From the NCBI GenBank assembly GCA_046758325.1, contig JBHHZZ010000005.1, forward strand, positions 150-64,149: DNA of 64,000 bases, read 5' to 3'. The first letter of the stretch is position 1. Each line of letters opens with the position of its first letter. A program made the translations under genes and the position numbers. The notes beneath the pieces are model-generated. The model was not told where the DNA came from, searched no databases, and saw only the letters and a list, made by a program, of their open reading frames with translations. The stretch is from Thermoplasmata archaeon. GTDB lineage: Archaea > Thermoplasmatota > Thermoplasmata > RBG-16-68-12 > JAJISG01. Shown here piece by piece: positions 1-9,614 of the stretch.

Positions 1-107
1 GCCATCCAGATGCAGATTAGGAGCACAACGCTGAAATGGTAGTTCGCCCTAGGCCTGAACGCCCCTCCCGCGAGAAATCCGCCCAACAGATGTGGAAGGA
101 GGATAGG

Positions 108-1481
108 ATGAAATTCAAAACGATAAACCCGGCCACGGGGGAAGTCATTGCGGAACGTGAGACGATGTCCCGGGACGAGGTGTTCGCCATCGCCGAGGCC
201 TGCCATGCCGCTTTCTTGAAGTGGAGGCAACTCGACGTCTCCCAGAGAGTTCCATATCTCCTGAAACTGGCAGAGGTACTGAGGAATCGTAAGGAGAAGT
301 ATGCAAGGCTCATCACCACCGAGATGGGAAAGCCCATCAAGGATTCCTTGGCGGAAATCGAAAAGTGCGCATGGACCGCAGAGGTCTTCGCCGACAAGGC
401 CGAGAACTGGCTCAGGGAGGAGACCGTGGAAGCGGATGGAAAGAAGCACGTCGTCTCCTATGAGCCGCTTGGAGTCATCCTCTCCATCATGCCGTGGAAC
501 TTTCCGTTCTGGCAGGCGCTTCGGTTCGCCATCCCCACCCTCCTGGCAGGAAACGTCTCCATCCTGAAACACTCCAACAGCGTTCCTCAGTGTGCCCTCG
601 CCATCGAGGAGGCGTTCAGGGAAGCTGGATGTCCCGAGAACACATTCAGGACTGTGATTGCCGACCACGCCACGATTGCGGAACTCATCGCGTCCGACTT
701 CATTCAGGGCGTTTCCCTCACCGGGAGCACCGCTGCCGGGCAGAGGATCGGCGAGTTGGCGGGAAGGCACCTGAAGAAGGTCGTCCTGGAGTTGGGGGGC
801 TCTGATCCCTTCATCGTCCTGGAGGATGCGGACCTAGACATTGCCGCGAGAAATGCGGCCCTGGCCCGCACCATCAACACGGGTCAGAGCTGCATTGCCG
901 CAAAGCGATTCATAGTCGCGGAAGAGGTGGTCGAGCCCTTTTCTAAGAAGTTCGCGGAGTACCTGAACCGAGTGGTGGTCGGCGATCCCATGGAGGAGGA
1001 TACGCAGGTCGGTCCCCTGGTCAACGAGGAGGCCGCTAAAGAGATGGAAGAGCTGGTCAACGAGGCCGTCAGCAGGGGCGCCAAGGTGCTGGCCGGGGGG
1101 AAACGGCTGGAAAGGAAGGGTTACTTCTACCTGCCCACGCTCCTAACCAACGTCAGACCCGACATGAAGGTCGTGGCCCAGGAGGTCTTCGGTCCCGTGG
1201 CTCCAGTCATCGCGGTCAAGGACGAGGATGAGGCAATCAAGGTCGCCAACTCCTCCGACTTCGGCCTGGGCGGAAGCGTGTGGACCAAGGACCTTGAAAG
1301 GGGCATGAGGGTCGCCAAGCGCATCGAGGCCGGCACGGTGTTCGTGAACGAGGTCACGAAATCCGACCCCAGGATGCCTTTCGGCGGTATCAAGAAGAGC
1401 GGCCTGGGACGCGAGCTTTCGAAGTTCGGGATCAGGGAGTTCGTGAACGTCAAGGCCCTGAACGTCTACGAGCACCGGTAA
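108..1481 (+). CDS. NAD(P)+-dependent aldehyde dehydrogenase family protein
   Basis: ORF 36..1481. ALDH motifs are present in the translation: 'LELGGSDP' (ELGGKSP-like) and the catalytic Cys region 'GQSCIAAKR'. Start placed at the internal Met of MKFKTINP. Confidence 0.85.
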   Translation: MKFKTINPATGEVIAERETMSRDEVFAIAEACHAAFLKWRQLDVSQRVPYLLKLAEVLRNRKEKYARLITTEMGKPIKDSLAEIEKCAWTAEVFADKAENWLREETVEADGKKHVVSYEPLGVILSIMPWNFPFWQALRFAIPTLLAGNVSILKHSNSVPQCALAIEEAFREAGCPENTFRTVIADHATIAELIASDFIQGVSLTGSTAAGQRIGELAGRHLKKVVLELGGSDPFIVLEDADLDIAARNAALARTINTGQSCIAAKRFIVAEEVVEPFSKKFAEYLNRVVVGDPMEEDTQVGPLVNEEAAKEMEELVNEAVSRGAKVLAGGKRLERKGYFYLPTLLTNVRPDMKVVAQEVFGPVAPVIAVKDEDEAIKVANSSDFGLGGSVWTKDLERGMRVAKRIEAGTVFVNEVTKSDPRMPFGGIKKSGLGRELSKFGIREFVNVKALNVYEHR

Positions 1482-1513
1482 GGTCTATGAGCTGATTCGG
1501 AATCGAGGCAGAC

Positions 1514-3163
1514 ATGAAAGCGGCGGACCTGTTCGTCAGATGCCTCGAAGAAGAGGGGGTCGAGTACGTCTTCGCCCTTCCTGGCGAGGAGAACCTGCAT
1601 CTTCTGGAAAGCCTTCGAACCTCGAACATCAAGGTGATCGTCAACCGCCATGAGCAGTGCTCTGCCTTCATGGCCGCCACGTATGGAAGACTCACCGGCA
1701 AGGTGGGCGTCTGCCTGGCAACCCTGGGACCCGGGGCGACCAATCTGGTGACGGGGGTTGCCTACGCCCAGCTCGGCGGGATGCCCCTCCTGGCGATTAC
1801 CGGGCAGAAGGGGATTCGCGAGAATTGGCAGGCCGATTTCCAGGTGGTGGAGGTTGTCCATATGATGGAGCCCATCACCAAACGGACCATCCAGATTCGG
1901 AGCCCCGAGAGCATCCCTAAGGAGGTTCGAGAGTCCTTCAAAGAGGCTACCACAGAAAGGCAGGGGGCCTGCCACATAGAGCTTCCGGAGGACATCGCTG
2001 TGGAAAGGGTGGAGGAGGTTTTTCAGCCCCAGAAAGCCATCCGCATTCGACGACCGGCGCCGAACACGGAAGCCATCAAGCTGGCAGCTGAGTCGATCAG
2101 GACAGCCAAGGATCCGGTCATCATCGTCTCAAGCAGGGCACAGAGACGCAGTGTCCGAGAGAGTCTCAGGAGTCTCTGTGACCAGACCAACCTCTATGTC
2201 ATCCACACCCAGCTTGGGAAGGGGGCGCTGGGAGACGACCACAGGAACTCCCTCTACTCCTTCGGAATTCACAAGCACGACTACGTAAACTGTGTTGTTG
2301 ACAGGGCCGACCTGATCATAACCATCGGGTATTCCACGGTGGAGTATCCGCCGAGCGTGTGGAATCACGACCTGGACAAGAGGATTCTTCATATCGATTT
2401 CGCTCCGGCATACCACGACATCTACTATTTCCCAAGCTGCGAACTGATCGGGGATATCGCCACCTCCCTGGATCTGTTGGCCAGGGAGCTGGAATCCTAT
2501 CACTATGACGGCAGCTACTGCAAGAGAATCAAGGGCCAGCTCGACGAGATGCTGTTTGTTGAAGGAGCTGATGATGAGGCCTTCCCGCCCCGGCCGAGGA
2601 GGATTGTGGCTGACTGCCAGAAGGTGCTGGATCCTCAGGATATCCTCTGCCTGGATAACGGCATCTACAAGTTGTGGTTCTCCCGACACTTCAAGACCTT
2701 TCACGTCGGGACGTTCCTTCTCGATAACACCCTGGCCTCCATGGGGGCTGGGCTTCCCAGCGCCATGGCCGCCAGGCTGGTTCACCCGGAAAGGCGGGTT
2801 CTAGCCGTATGCGGCGACGGCGGCTTCATGATGAATTCCCAGGAATTGGAGACGGCGGTACGGCTGGGTCTCAACATTGTCGTGCTGATCCTCAACGATG
2901 ACGCCTATGGCTTCATCAAATGGAAGCAGTCAACCTACAAGTATCCCAGTTTCGCCCTGGACTTCGGGAATCCCGATTTCGTGAAGTACGCCAGAAGCTA
3001 CGGAGCCGTGGGGTTCCGGGTGAAGTCCACCGAAGAACTCGTCCCCCTGCTGGAGAAGGCCTTTGCCCACGGCGGTCCGGTCATCGTGGAGTGTCCCATC
3101 GACTATTCCGAGAACTCCAAAGTCTGGGGCGAGGATCTCGACGGGATCGTCTGCCCCATGTAG
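1514..3163 (+). CDS. thiamine-diphosphate-dependent enzyme, acetolactate-synthase large-subunit family
   Basis: 549-aa ORF with ThDP-binding motif 'GDGGFMMN...NDDAYG' and an N-terminal Pyr-domain-like region. Substrate unknown. Confidence 0.8.
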   Translation: MKAADLFVRCLEEEGVEYVFALPGEENLHLLESLRTSNIKVIVNRHEQCSAFMAATYGRLTGKVGVCLATLGPGATNLVTGVAYAQLGGMPLLAITGQKGIRENWQADFQVVEVVHMMEPITKRTIQIRSPESIPKEVRESFKEATTERQGACHIELPEDIAVERVEEVFQPQKAIRIRRPAPNTEAIKLAAESIRTAKDPVIIVSSRAQRRSVRESLRSLCDQTNLYVIHTQLGKGALGDDHRNSLYSFGIHKHDYVNCVVDRADLIITIGYSTVEYPPSVWNHDLDKRILHIDFAPAYHDIYYFPSCELIGDIATSLDLLARELESYHYDGSYCKRIKGQLDEMLFVEGADDEAFPPRPRRIVADCQKVLDPQDILCLDNGIYKLWFSRHFKTFHVGTFLLDNTLASMGAGLPSAMAARLVHPERRVLAVCGDGGFMMNSQELETAVRLGLNIVVLILNDDAYGFIKWKQSTYKYPSFALDFGNPDFVKYARSYGAVGFRVKSTEELVPLLEKAFAHGGPVIVECPIDYSENSKVWGEDLDGIVCPM

Positions 3164-3302
3164 TGTGTTTCGCCGGCATGGCAAGGAGAAAGGTACGAGG
3201 AATCCTCGCGGCTGGGACAGCTGTTGGCTGAGTCCTGGGGTCAAAACGATGGAGGAAACCTCTAAGTGCCCTTCGTAGCATACTCTAGGACAGGTTTGAG
3301 GC

Positions 3303-3464
3303 ATGCCGAGATGCGCGTACTGCGGTGAGGAAATCGAAGTGGGGATGGAGTTCTACGTGGAGACGGGAGATCCGAGCGAGCAGCGGACGGCCCTGACGGT
3401 GGCTTGCCCAGATTGCGCGGCCGACTTCCCTGACAAGTTCCGCCCGCCACCCTCGAGGCCGTGA
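3303..3464 (+). CDS. small zinc-ribbon-like protein (53 aa, CxxC...CxxC)
   Basis: Hand-translated: MPRCAYCGEEIEV...VACPDCAADF. Not in the ORF track (<60 aa). Ends 4 nt before the glutaredoxin gene. Confidence 0.35.
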   Translation: MPRCAYCGEEIEVGMEFYVETGDPSEQRTALTVACPDCAADFPDKFRPPPSRP

Positions 3465-3468
3465 TTCC

Positions 3469-3702
3469 ATGGCCGACATCATCGTATACACCACGCCGAC
3501 CTGCCCATGGTGCAAGCGGGCGAAGGCGTATCTGGAGACCAAAGGCGTCTCCTACGTCGAGAAGGACATCACGAAAGACCGGTCGTGGATTGATGAACTG
3601 CGACGCATATCGGGTCAACTGGGCATACCCGTCATCACCGACGGAACGCGCGTGGTGATTGGCTTCAACACCTCTGCCTTGGACGCCTTCGTCACCGGCT
3701 GA
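3469..3702 (+). CDS. glutaredoxin/NrdH-like thiol-disulfide oxidoreductase
   Basis: 77 aa with CPWC active site and thioredoxin-fold pattern (TPTCPWCKRAK...GIPVI). Confidence 0.8.
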   Translation: MADIIVYTTPTCPWCKRAKAYLETKGVSYVEKDITKDRSWIDELRRISGQLGIPVITDGTRVVIGFNTSALDAFVTG

Positions 3703-3904
3703 GAATCTGGACATGGAGTAGCGGCTGACCCAGTATCCAAACTCCTACTGATGTCTGACCCTCAGGAGTCTCCAGGAGGCTCCTAGACAGTGATTGCCGG
3801 GCAGGCAGCCACGCGAATCATCTCCATCTGTGGATCCTTCAGACACGTTGAAACCTGGGCTTATTTACGGGGTATGAATCATAGGCGTGAAACTTTCTGA
3901 TGAC

Positions 3905-4276
3905 CTAAGGCTGCTGCCCCGCTGCCCATGTCATGAGAGGGATGGAGGCATCTCTGAGCCGCTTGCCTTCATCCGTCAGGGAGTACTCCACCCTCGGCGG
4001 CACCTCAGGATAGCTCTCTCTCATGAGAATACCCATCTTCTCCAGCGCTTTGAGCCTCCTAGCGAGGGTCTTGGTGCCGATTCCCTGAAGCCTCTCCTCA
4101 ATCTCGTGGAACCGCAACCTGCCGAAGTTCCCAATGGTGACAACGATGGAGAGCGTCCAACGAGACCCGAGGATGTCCATGGCCTCGTTGAGGGGACAAG
4201 GGCAGAATCCTTCGCCCTCTCTCATGGAACATCCCTCACTTCCCGATATGACAGGAAGTTCCTTTTTCGCCATCAA
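3905..4276 (-). CDS. HxlR (DUF24) family winged-helix transcriptional regulator
   Basis: Motifs 'LGSRWTLSIV', 'RFHEIEERLQGIGTKTLARRLKALEKMGI', 'PPRVEYSLT', plus an N-terminal Cys pair. Confidence 0.8.
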   Translation of the reverse strand: MMAKKELPVISGSEGCSMREGEGFCPCPLNEAMDILGSRWTLSIVVTIGNFGRLRFHEIEERLQGIGTKTLARRLKALEKMGILMRESYPEVPPRVEYSLTDEGKRLRDASIPLMTWAAGQQP

Positions 4277-4587
4277 CTCCCACGCTTTCCTCTTGACAGT
4301 ATAAATAGGAGACGAACCATATAATCTTTCGTGAGGACAACGTCAGTGAAGCAGACGGACGAGAAGACTCCCAGGGAAGAGAGAAGCCTTCCCATAGTGC
4401 CCGCATCGACGGAAGGGTGCACCTGCGGCTGCGGCTGCCCCTGCTGTTCTGCCTAGGCAGGGGCCCGTGACCCTGGTGCGCATTCAGGGAAGCCTCTCAA
4501 TATGCATTGCCTCGGATGCACACATGGCATGTATGAGAGGTTCTGCAGAGAAACGGGAAACAGCTGCCGCCCTATGCTAAGTGCCAA

Positions 4588-5268
4588 CTAAAGACGCCAG
4601 AAGTCTCCCGACAGACCAATAGAAGAGAAGAAGGCTGCTATTTGTTCTGGGGTTGGGCGCCCATAGTCGACTTTCAATCTATCCCGATAGAAGAATCGGC
4701 TCATTTCGACGATCTGGTTGAACGTGAGCGTGTGTCCTGATTTCTCAGGATTCTCCGCCTTCCATTCTTGGAGATGCCCTTCCGAACCGAAGAAATTCAT
4801 GTTGTTGCCACATGTATCAACGACATCATCAAACCACTGAGCCGCGGGCTTGCTGAAGTGAACTAAGACATCTGCAGGTTCCTTCTTCACAACTCGCTCG
4901 TTGCTGAGTGAGAGTTCAATGAGGTCGCCGCAGTGGAAGCAATATGCCTTGATTTGAATCGGCTGCCTCAACAGGACGTGAATCCCTATGGAATCCCATG
5001 CGCAGTTGGCATAGTAGCTCTTCCCGCTCTCGGTCTTCACAAGAAAGGGCGTGGCCATATTGGAGAAGGGCCATGCCATGAGAATTCGCTGCGTCCCTTG
5101 GAGCCTATACAGGAACCTCCCTCGCTGGAGCGAGTCCAGCGCTATAGTGGCTTCTTGTTTGCTTATCTCGAATTTCCGCATGATTTCCTCCATATGCGGC
5201 GCCCTGCATTGTTCAGCGAAGTAATCGTATACGAATTTCCTAACGAGTTTGGGAAGCTCTGAGGACAT
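4588..5268 (-). CDS. MerB-family (alkylmercury lyase-like, PF03243-type) protein
   Basis: Translation aligns by eye to MerB around the catalytic residues: 'YANCAWD' vs MerB 'YAWCALD' (Cys96/Asp99) and 'DTCGNNMNFF' vs 'SFCCHVHFF' (Cys159). The gene is visibly AT-richer than its flanks. Confidence 0.7.
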   Translation of the reverse strand: MSSELPKLVRKFVYDYFAEQCRAPHMEEIMRKFEISKQEATIALDSLQRGRFLYRLQGTQRILMAWPFSNMATPFLVKTESGKSYYANCAWDSIGIHVLLRQPIQIKAYCFHCGDLIELSLSNERVVKKEPADVLVHFSKPAAQWFDDVVDTCGNNMNFFGSEGHLQEWKAENPEKSGHTLTFNQIVEMSRFFYRDRLKVDYGRPTPEQIAAFFSSIGLSGDFWRL

Positions 5269-5730
5269 GCAGAGGCAGACCGCATCTGGACATTAGAAGG
5301 TTCTGTTATGTCGACCTCGCATCTTCTGATGGCGATGAAAGTCCCAGAGACAAACGTGATTGCCAGGAGGACACCCCAGGATGGGGGAAACGTGCAACGA
5401 TGATTGAGAAGAATGTCGACCAGAGCGTAACGGAGGAAGGTCATTGCCCCACCTCCGAGATCGTATCTGGACAAGTGACAAAAAACTGCTATGCAGCGGT
5501 ATGTTGGACACATGCACAAATAGTGAAATGAAAGCTCTCAAGGGGCAGCATGAACTCGGCTCTCTCGAAGTCTTCGTTACGACTTGACAATGACGCTCGA
5601 TGTAAGGGTAGTTTTGGAACGACCTCACATGGATTTCTTTGTGGCAGCCTGCGAAGTAAGCGTGTATCCTGCTGCACCATATGGCTTGAGATGAACAGCC
5701 ACAGCTGAGGGCGTCCTAATCAGGTCTCCT

Positions 5731-6108
5731 TCACTTCCTGCTGCCCCTTCGAGCAACCATCAGAATGTGGAGTAGGACGGCGGTCATCGCGAACGCGAGG
5801 AAGGGAGTGAGGACCAGGGTCGGGTCGGTGATCACCGTCTGGTAGTAAGGGTCCTTGATAGTGTACCTTCCCGGGATGACGTAGGTCACTAGCACCGATA
5901 GCGCAAAACCGAGGATAAGCAGCAAAGGCGGAGTATGGAAGATAGCGCCCATACGGATATCTCTCGACGTGTGTTCCTCCTCTGGCGTCACGACCGCCCA
6001 GAAAAACCACAACGTGCCAAGGCCGAACAGGAGAATGGGGAAGGGAAGAGACACAAGCAGGTAGGGCGCGTCCCGACTCGCCAAGAACATGGCCTGGGGA
6101 ATGGCCAC
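5731..6108 (-). CDS. hypothetical membrane protein
   Basis: 125 aa, about 3 predicted TM segments, no recognisable motif. Confidence 0.4.
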   Translation of the reverse strand: MAIPQAMFLASRDAPYLLVSLPFPILLFGLGTLWFFWAVVTPEEEHTSRDIRMGAIFHTPPLLLILGFALSVLVTYVIPGRYTIKDPYYQTVITDPTLVLTPFLAFAMTAVLLHILMVARRGSRK

Positions 6109-6152
6109 GATCCCGTATGCGACTGCCAGGAAATGATACAGAAGGGTCTCCC

Positions 6153-6614
6153 TCAGAAGGCGATGACGAGGGGGGTATCCACTCTGGATGTCTCATTTAG
6201 CACGCGACGGTGTCCCGCCGAGGCCACGCCCAAGGCTAATAGTCCTGAGAGGGCCAAGGGCCCACCTACAGAGATAACAAGCTCTGTTACTGAGGCGTAT
6301 TGGAACAGGCGTCCGAGGAGATCGTACCCTCCCATACCTGTCGGTGTCATTCCGATGTACGCCCCGAGAGCGCTTCCTACACGGACAAAGGGCCATCCCC
6401 GCGGTGTCGGGTGGGTGCAGCTACAAGCCAGGAAGGCGCCTGCCGCGGGAAGGAATGGAGGGAGGTAGAGGTGCACAAGCCACATATTCCACGATGGGAA
6501 GAGGAGGGGCTCGAACTGCAAGGTCCCGAAGAGCAGAAGAGCGGCGCTGCCGCCCACAAGAGCGCCTATGGGCGTGAGTCGGACACAATTCTCTTCCCAG
6601 CGACTCCGAACCAT
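6153..6614 (-). CDS. hypothetical membrane protein
   Basis: 153 aa hydrophobic ORF. In a different frame from 5731..6108, so not a simple read-through of it. Confidence 0.4.
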   Translation of the reverse strand: MVRSRWEENCVRLTPIGALVGGSAALLLFGTLQFEPLLFPSWNMWLVHLYLPPFLPAAGAFLACSCTHPTPRGWPFVRVGSALGAYIGMTPTGMGGYDLLGRLFQYASVTELVISVGGPLALSGLLALGVASAGHRRVLNETSRVDTPLVIAF

Positions 6615-6865
6615 TGAGTTCCGGACCGGGATGCGACTACATAGCTAAAGAACATTAGTTTCCTCTCCTCCGAAGTCTAGTCAACTTGACAATGCCCTAT
6701 TCGGACAAAGTTCAGTCCCCCTCCTGTCCACGATATGAATAGTGCTGTAGCCTGATGATTTCTTGGTACTCCCTGCAAACACCAGGTGTTGAGCCCGTCG
6801 TCGGTCGCCTGGAAGAGGGGGAGGCAGCCATGTTCATCGAGTTTATCTCGTGAGAGGCTCCTGAA

Positions 6866-7222
6866 TCAGATCCACTGTTCTCCTACCGTCCTCTCGTTCC
6901 GCACGTTGCCTGTGTTCACCGTGGACTTAGGCTCGAGCAACAACACGTGAACTTCTTCTTCGGCAATGGGCAAGTGTTCGACGCCTCTTGGAATGACTAC
7001 AAACTCACCCTCCTCTAGTCGAACATCGCCGTCTCGCAGTTTGATTAGCAATGTTCCCTTCACGACGAGAAACAGTTCATCCTCGGCAGCGTGATGATGC
7101 CAGATAAACTCCCCTCTGAGTTTGGCTAGCTTGACATGAGAATCGTTAAGTTCGCCCACGATTTTCGGACTCCAATAGTCCTGAAAGAGGCCGAATTTCT
7201 CAGCGAGGTTCACCTTTTCCAT
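6866..7222 (-). CDS. cupin-domain protein
   Basis: 118 aa with cupin motif pattern (G..H.H...E.F.V..G...I...G). Confidence 0.7.
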   Translation of the reverse strand: MEKVNLAEKFGLFQDYWSPKIVGELNDSHVKLAKLRGEFIWHHHAAEDELFLVVKGTLLIKLRDGDVRLEEGEFVVIPRGVEHLPIAEEEVHVLLLEPKSTVNTGNVRNERTVGEQWI

Positions 7223-7398
7223 AGGTCCCTGACAACGAGGCGCGGGATACTTAGGAATTGCCCTTGCGCCAGGTCAGGGGCTGCCAGGTTCATGGATAGG
7301 CTGTGAGACAGCCTCGTCATTTCATTGTGTTGCGCCATCGCCTACATAGTTAGCAGAAGGCAAAGCCTAAGGCACCGGAGTGGATTGCAGACGCTGTA

Positions 7399-8271
7399 AT
7401 GGCTGAGGTGGTCATCTCGAAGGCCGGCCCATCCGACGAAGAGGCCATACGCCGGGTGTGTTCTGCTTGCTACAGGGACGACTACATCCTACGCATGATC
7501 GACGCGTTTCTGAACACGGGTACGGTCCTCTTGGCCTCTCTTGGTGAGGAGCCCGTAGGATTCGTGAAGGTGGGTGCGACCATGGACGGGAGCGGCTGGC
7601 TCAGCGCATTGCGTGTCGTCCCGTCAAGAAGGCGCGAGGGTATTGGCGCTACCCTTTCGCGAGCCTGTGAGGAAGTCGCCGCGGAAGCCGGTTCCAGATC
7701 CATACGCCTCTGGACTGAAAGCAAGAACGTTCCAGCGTACTCCTTGTTCGAAGCCCTGTCATATCGTCGTGTCGCCAGCTTCACCCGCTGGTGGACCAAT
7801 ATCGCGCCGGATGCCCCAGCCCCTCCGCAGAGAGCGACCCACACGAAGGGATCCTGGGACAGGATCGCTGAATCGATGATCTTTCGAGCTTCGAAGGGCT
7901 ATTTTCCCCTTGCCTTGCGATTCTGCCGCCTCAGCGATGCCTTGCTGGAGGAACTGATGGAGTCCCAGGTTCTGTACTTAGATTCTGCGGGGGCGCCCTG
8001 CGTCTTGAATCTTGAGGTTTGGAAGGCTTTCGATGAGAGGACGGTGGAACTCACCGTAATGGGCGATGATGTCCGGGCACAGGTCCAGGCTGCCACTGGC
8101 TTGGGCTCGGCGATAGGGTATGGTGCCGTAGGGATGTTCCTCCCATTCGGCGAAGCCTGGTCCGAGAGGGCGAAGTCGGCTGGGCTCGCTCGAGGGACCT
8201 GGGGCACTCACGCCTTCCTCTATGAGAAGCGCATCGCTCCCGGTGGGAGAATCGCCGATAAGTCCCGATAG
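7399..8271 (+). CDS. GNAT-family N-acetyltransferase
   Basis: Acetyl-CoA-binding motif 'RRREGIGATLSRACEE' in a 290-aa ORF. Confidence 0.7.
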   Translation: MAEVVISKAGPSDEEAIRRVCSACYRDDYILRMIDAFLNTGTVLLASLGEEPVGFVKVGATMDGSGWLSALRVVPSRRREGIGATLSRACEEVAAEAGSRSIRLWTESKNVPAYSLFEALSYRRVASFTRWWTNIAPDAPAPPQRATHTKGSWDRIAESMIFRASKGYFPLALRFCRLSDALLEELMESQVLYLDSAGAPCVLNLEVWKAFDERTVELTVMGDDVRAQVQAATGLGSAIGYGAVGMFLPFGEAWSERAKSAGLARGTWGTHAFLYEKRIAPGGRIADKSR

Positions 8272-8512
8272 CCTCTCACTGAGGACCTCCGCTGTTCCTA
8301 TTTGACATGGGGAGATTGTGCGGAGGATTATCCGAAGCAAGAATCGGCTTGGCCAATGAAACGGGTTTTCTGTACGTCGAGGCTGACTGCTCTGATGGAG
8401 AACACCCGGCGTGACCCGAGTTGGTCGCCAGCGGAGTTTGATAGGGATATGTCAGGCACGAAAACCTGACGGTTGGCTTGAATGTGTTAGGGGTAAGACC
8501 ATATTCTCCCCC

Positions 8513-8911
8513 TCATTCCTGTAGGAACTTTCCTTCCATTTCCCGTAGCATTGAATTGCAGAAGGTGAGCATTCTCTCCCTCTCTTCTCTGCTCATCGGG
8601 GTGAGACAATTCTCCATCATTCGCGGCATCATCTCGTGCATGGTCTCCATCATATCCTCTGAGCCCATCGATTCCATGCACCCCTTCATCATTTCTGGCA
8701 TCATTTGGGACATCATTTCCTTCATCTGCTGGGGATCCCCGCCACCCGTTGACTCCATCATCTTGGGCATCATCCCCATCATAATCTTCTGCATCTCCTG
8801 TGGCGTCATATCTGTGAAGAACTTCTCCATCATGCTATCCATCATTTCCATCTTCTCTTCCTTGCCCATCCTCCTCATCATCCGATCCATCATGCGCTCT
8901 TTGAACGACAT
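8513..8911 (-). CDS. methionine-rich protein (~30% Met, amphipathic MMxxMM periodicity)
   Basis: ORF 8513..9022. Start placed at internal ATG 8911, preceded by GGTGATGAG. Translation is MSFKERMMDRMMRRMGKEEKMEMMDSMM...; the antisense frame is also open (see findings). Confidence 0.55.
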   Translation of the reverse strand: MSFKERMMDRMMRRMGKEEKMEMMDSMMEKFFTDMTPQEMQKIMMGMMPKMMESTGGGDPQQMKEMMSQMMPEMMKGCMESMGSEDMMETMHEMMPRMMENCLTPMSREERERMLTFCNSMLREMEGKFLQE

Positions 8912-9079
8912 CTCATCACCTTGTAGGGAGGGGTCTGAAGGCTTCTTAACCCTTTCTGCGCAACCATGTGCCGGGCCATATGCAAGATCTGGGTGACAGG
9001 GTGGCGGCCAACGGAAGTTCATCCAATGTTCAAATAGTAAGTCATGGCGCCGGCTTCCGTGATACTCTCAAAGCAAAAG

Positions 9080-9152
9080 TGGGCTCAGCCGGATTCGAAC
9101 CGGCGACCTTCGCCGTGTGAGGGCGACGTCATAACCGCTAGACCATGAGCCC
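9080..9152 (-). tRNA. tRNA-Val (anticodon CAC)
   Basis: Hand-folded cloverleaf on the reverse complement: acceptor GGGCTCA/TGAGCCC, anticodon loop CTCACAC, T-loop GGTTCGAATCC, 73 nt. Confidence 0.8.
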
Positions 9153-9260
9153 ATCTGAGGGAAGGCCAGGAGGCGTTAAATCTCTTTTGTTACGGCGCCA
9201 CCTTCCAAGTCGGGCGTAGGCAACCTTTATGGGAGCTAGTCCGATGCCACCACGAGGCCT

Positions 9261-9569
9261 ATGGCGAAGAAATCGAACGAAAGCTCCCCCATGGCGGAGT
9301 TGAGGAAGCTCCTCTCGAATCAGGGCTATGCACTGCATCTGGCAACCGAGAGGAAGGGCGATGTGCTCACAGCCAGGGTGGAGATAGTGGATGTGAAGGC
9401 CGAGCGAACCTTCCTCAAGCTCATCGCCTCCGGCCGCCTGGAGGATGTCGATTTTACCGTGGGACTGGACGTGGCTGAAGAGCCTTTCTGGGATGTCGTC
9501 CTGAAGCTAGTCAACCTGCTGGATTCCGTCAAGAATCTCGTGCCCATCCGGATGACCACGTCCCGCTGA
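9261..9569 (+). CDS. hypothetical protein
   Basis: 102-aa ORF, no recognisable motif. Confidence 0.35.
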   Translation: MAKKSNESSPMAELRKLLSNQGYALHLATERKGDVLTARVEIVDVKAERTFLKLIASGRLEDVDFTVGLDVAEEPFWDVVLKLVNLLDSVKNLVPIRMTTSR

Positions 9570-9614
9570 ACGGCACCTATTTATACGGAAGATGCGATTT
9601 CCATCGTTACTGGG

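Noticed and set aside
5293-5680. ORFs 5293..5628 and 5489..5680 in the AT-rich flank of the MerB-like gene
   Set aside because: Cys/Ser/Arg-rich, motif-free translations overlapping each other, likely non-coding or decayed remnants. Mentioned only as part of the island.
8478-8996. Plus-strand Ile/Ser-rich 172-aa ORF antisense to the Met-rich gene
   Set aside because: It is the automatic mirror of ATG-rich coding (ATCATC/GATGAT). Its termini look like random translation, whereas the Met-rich frame has an RBS-like start and a natural C-terminus. Kept as a caveat in the finding, not as a feature.
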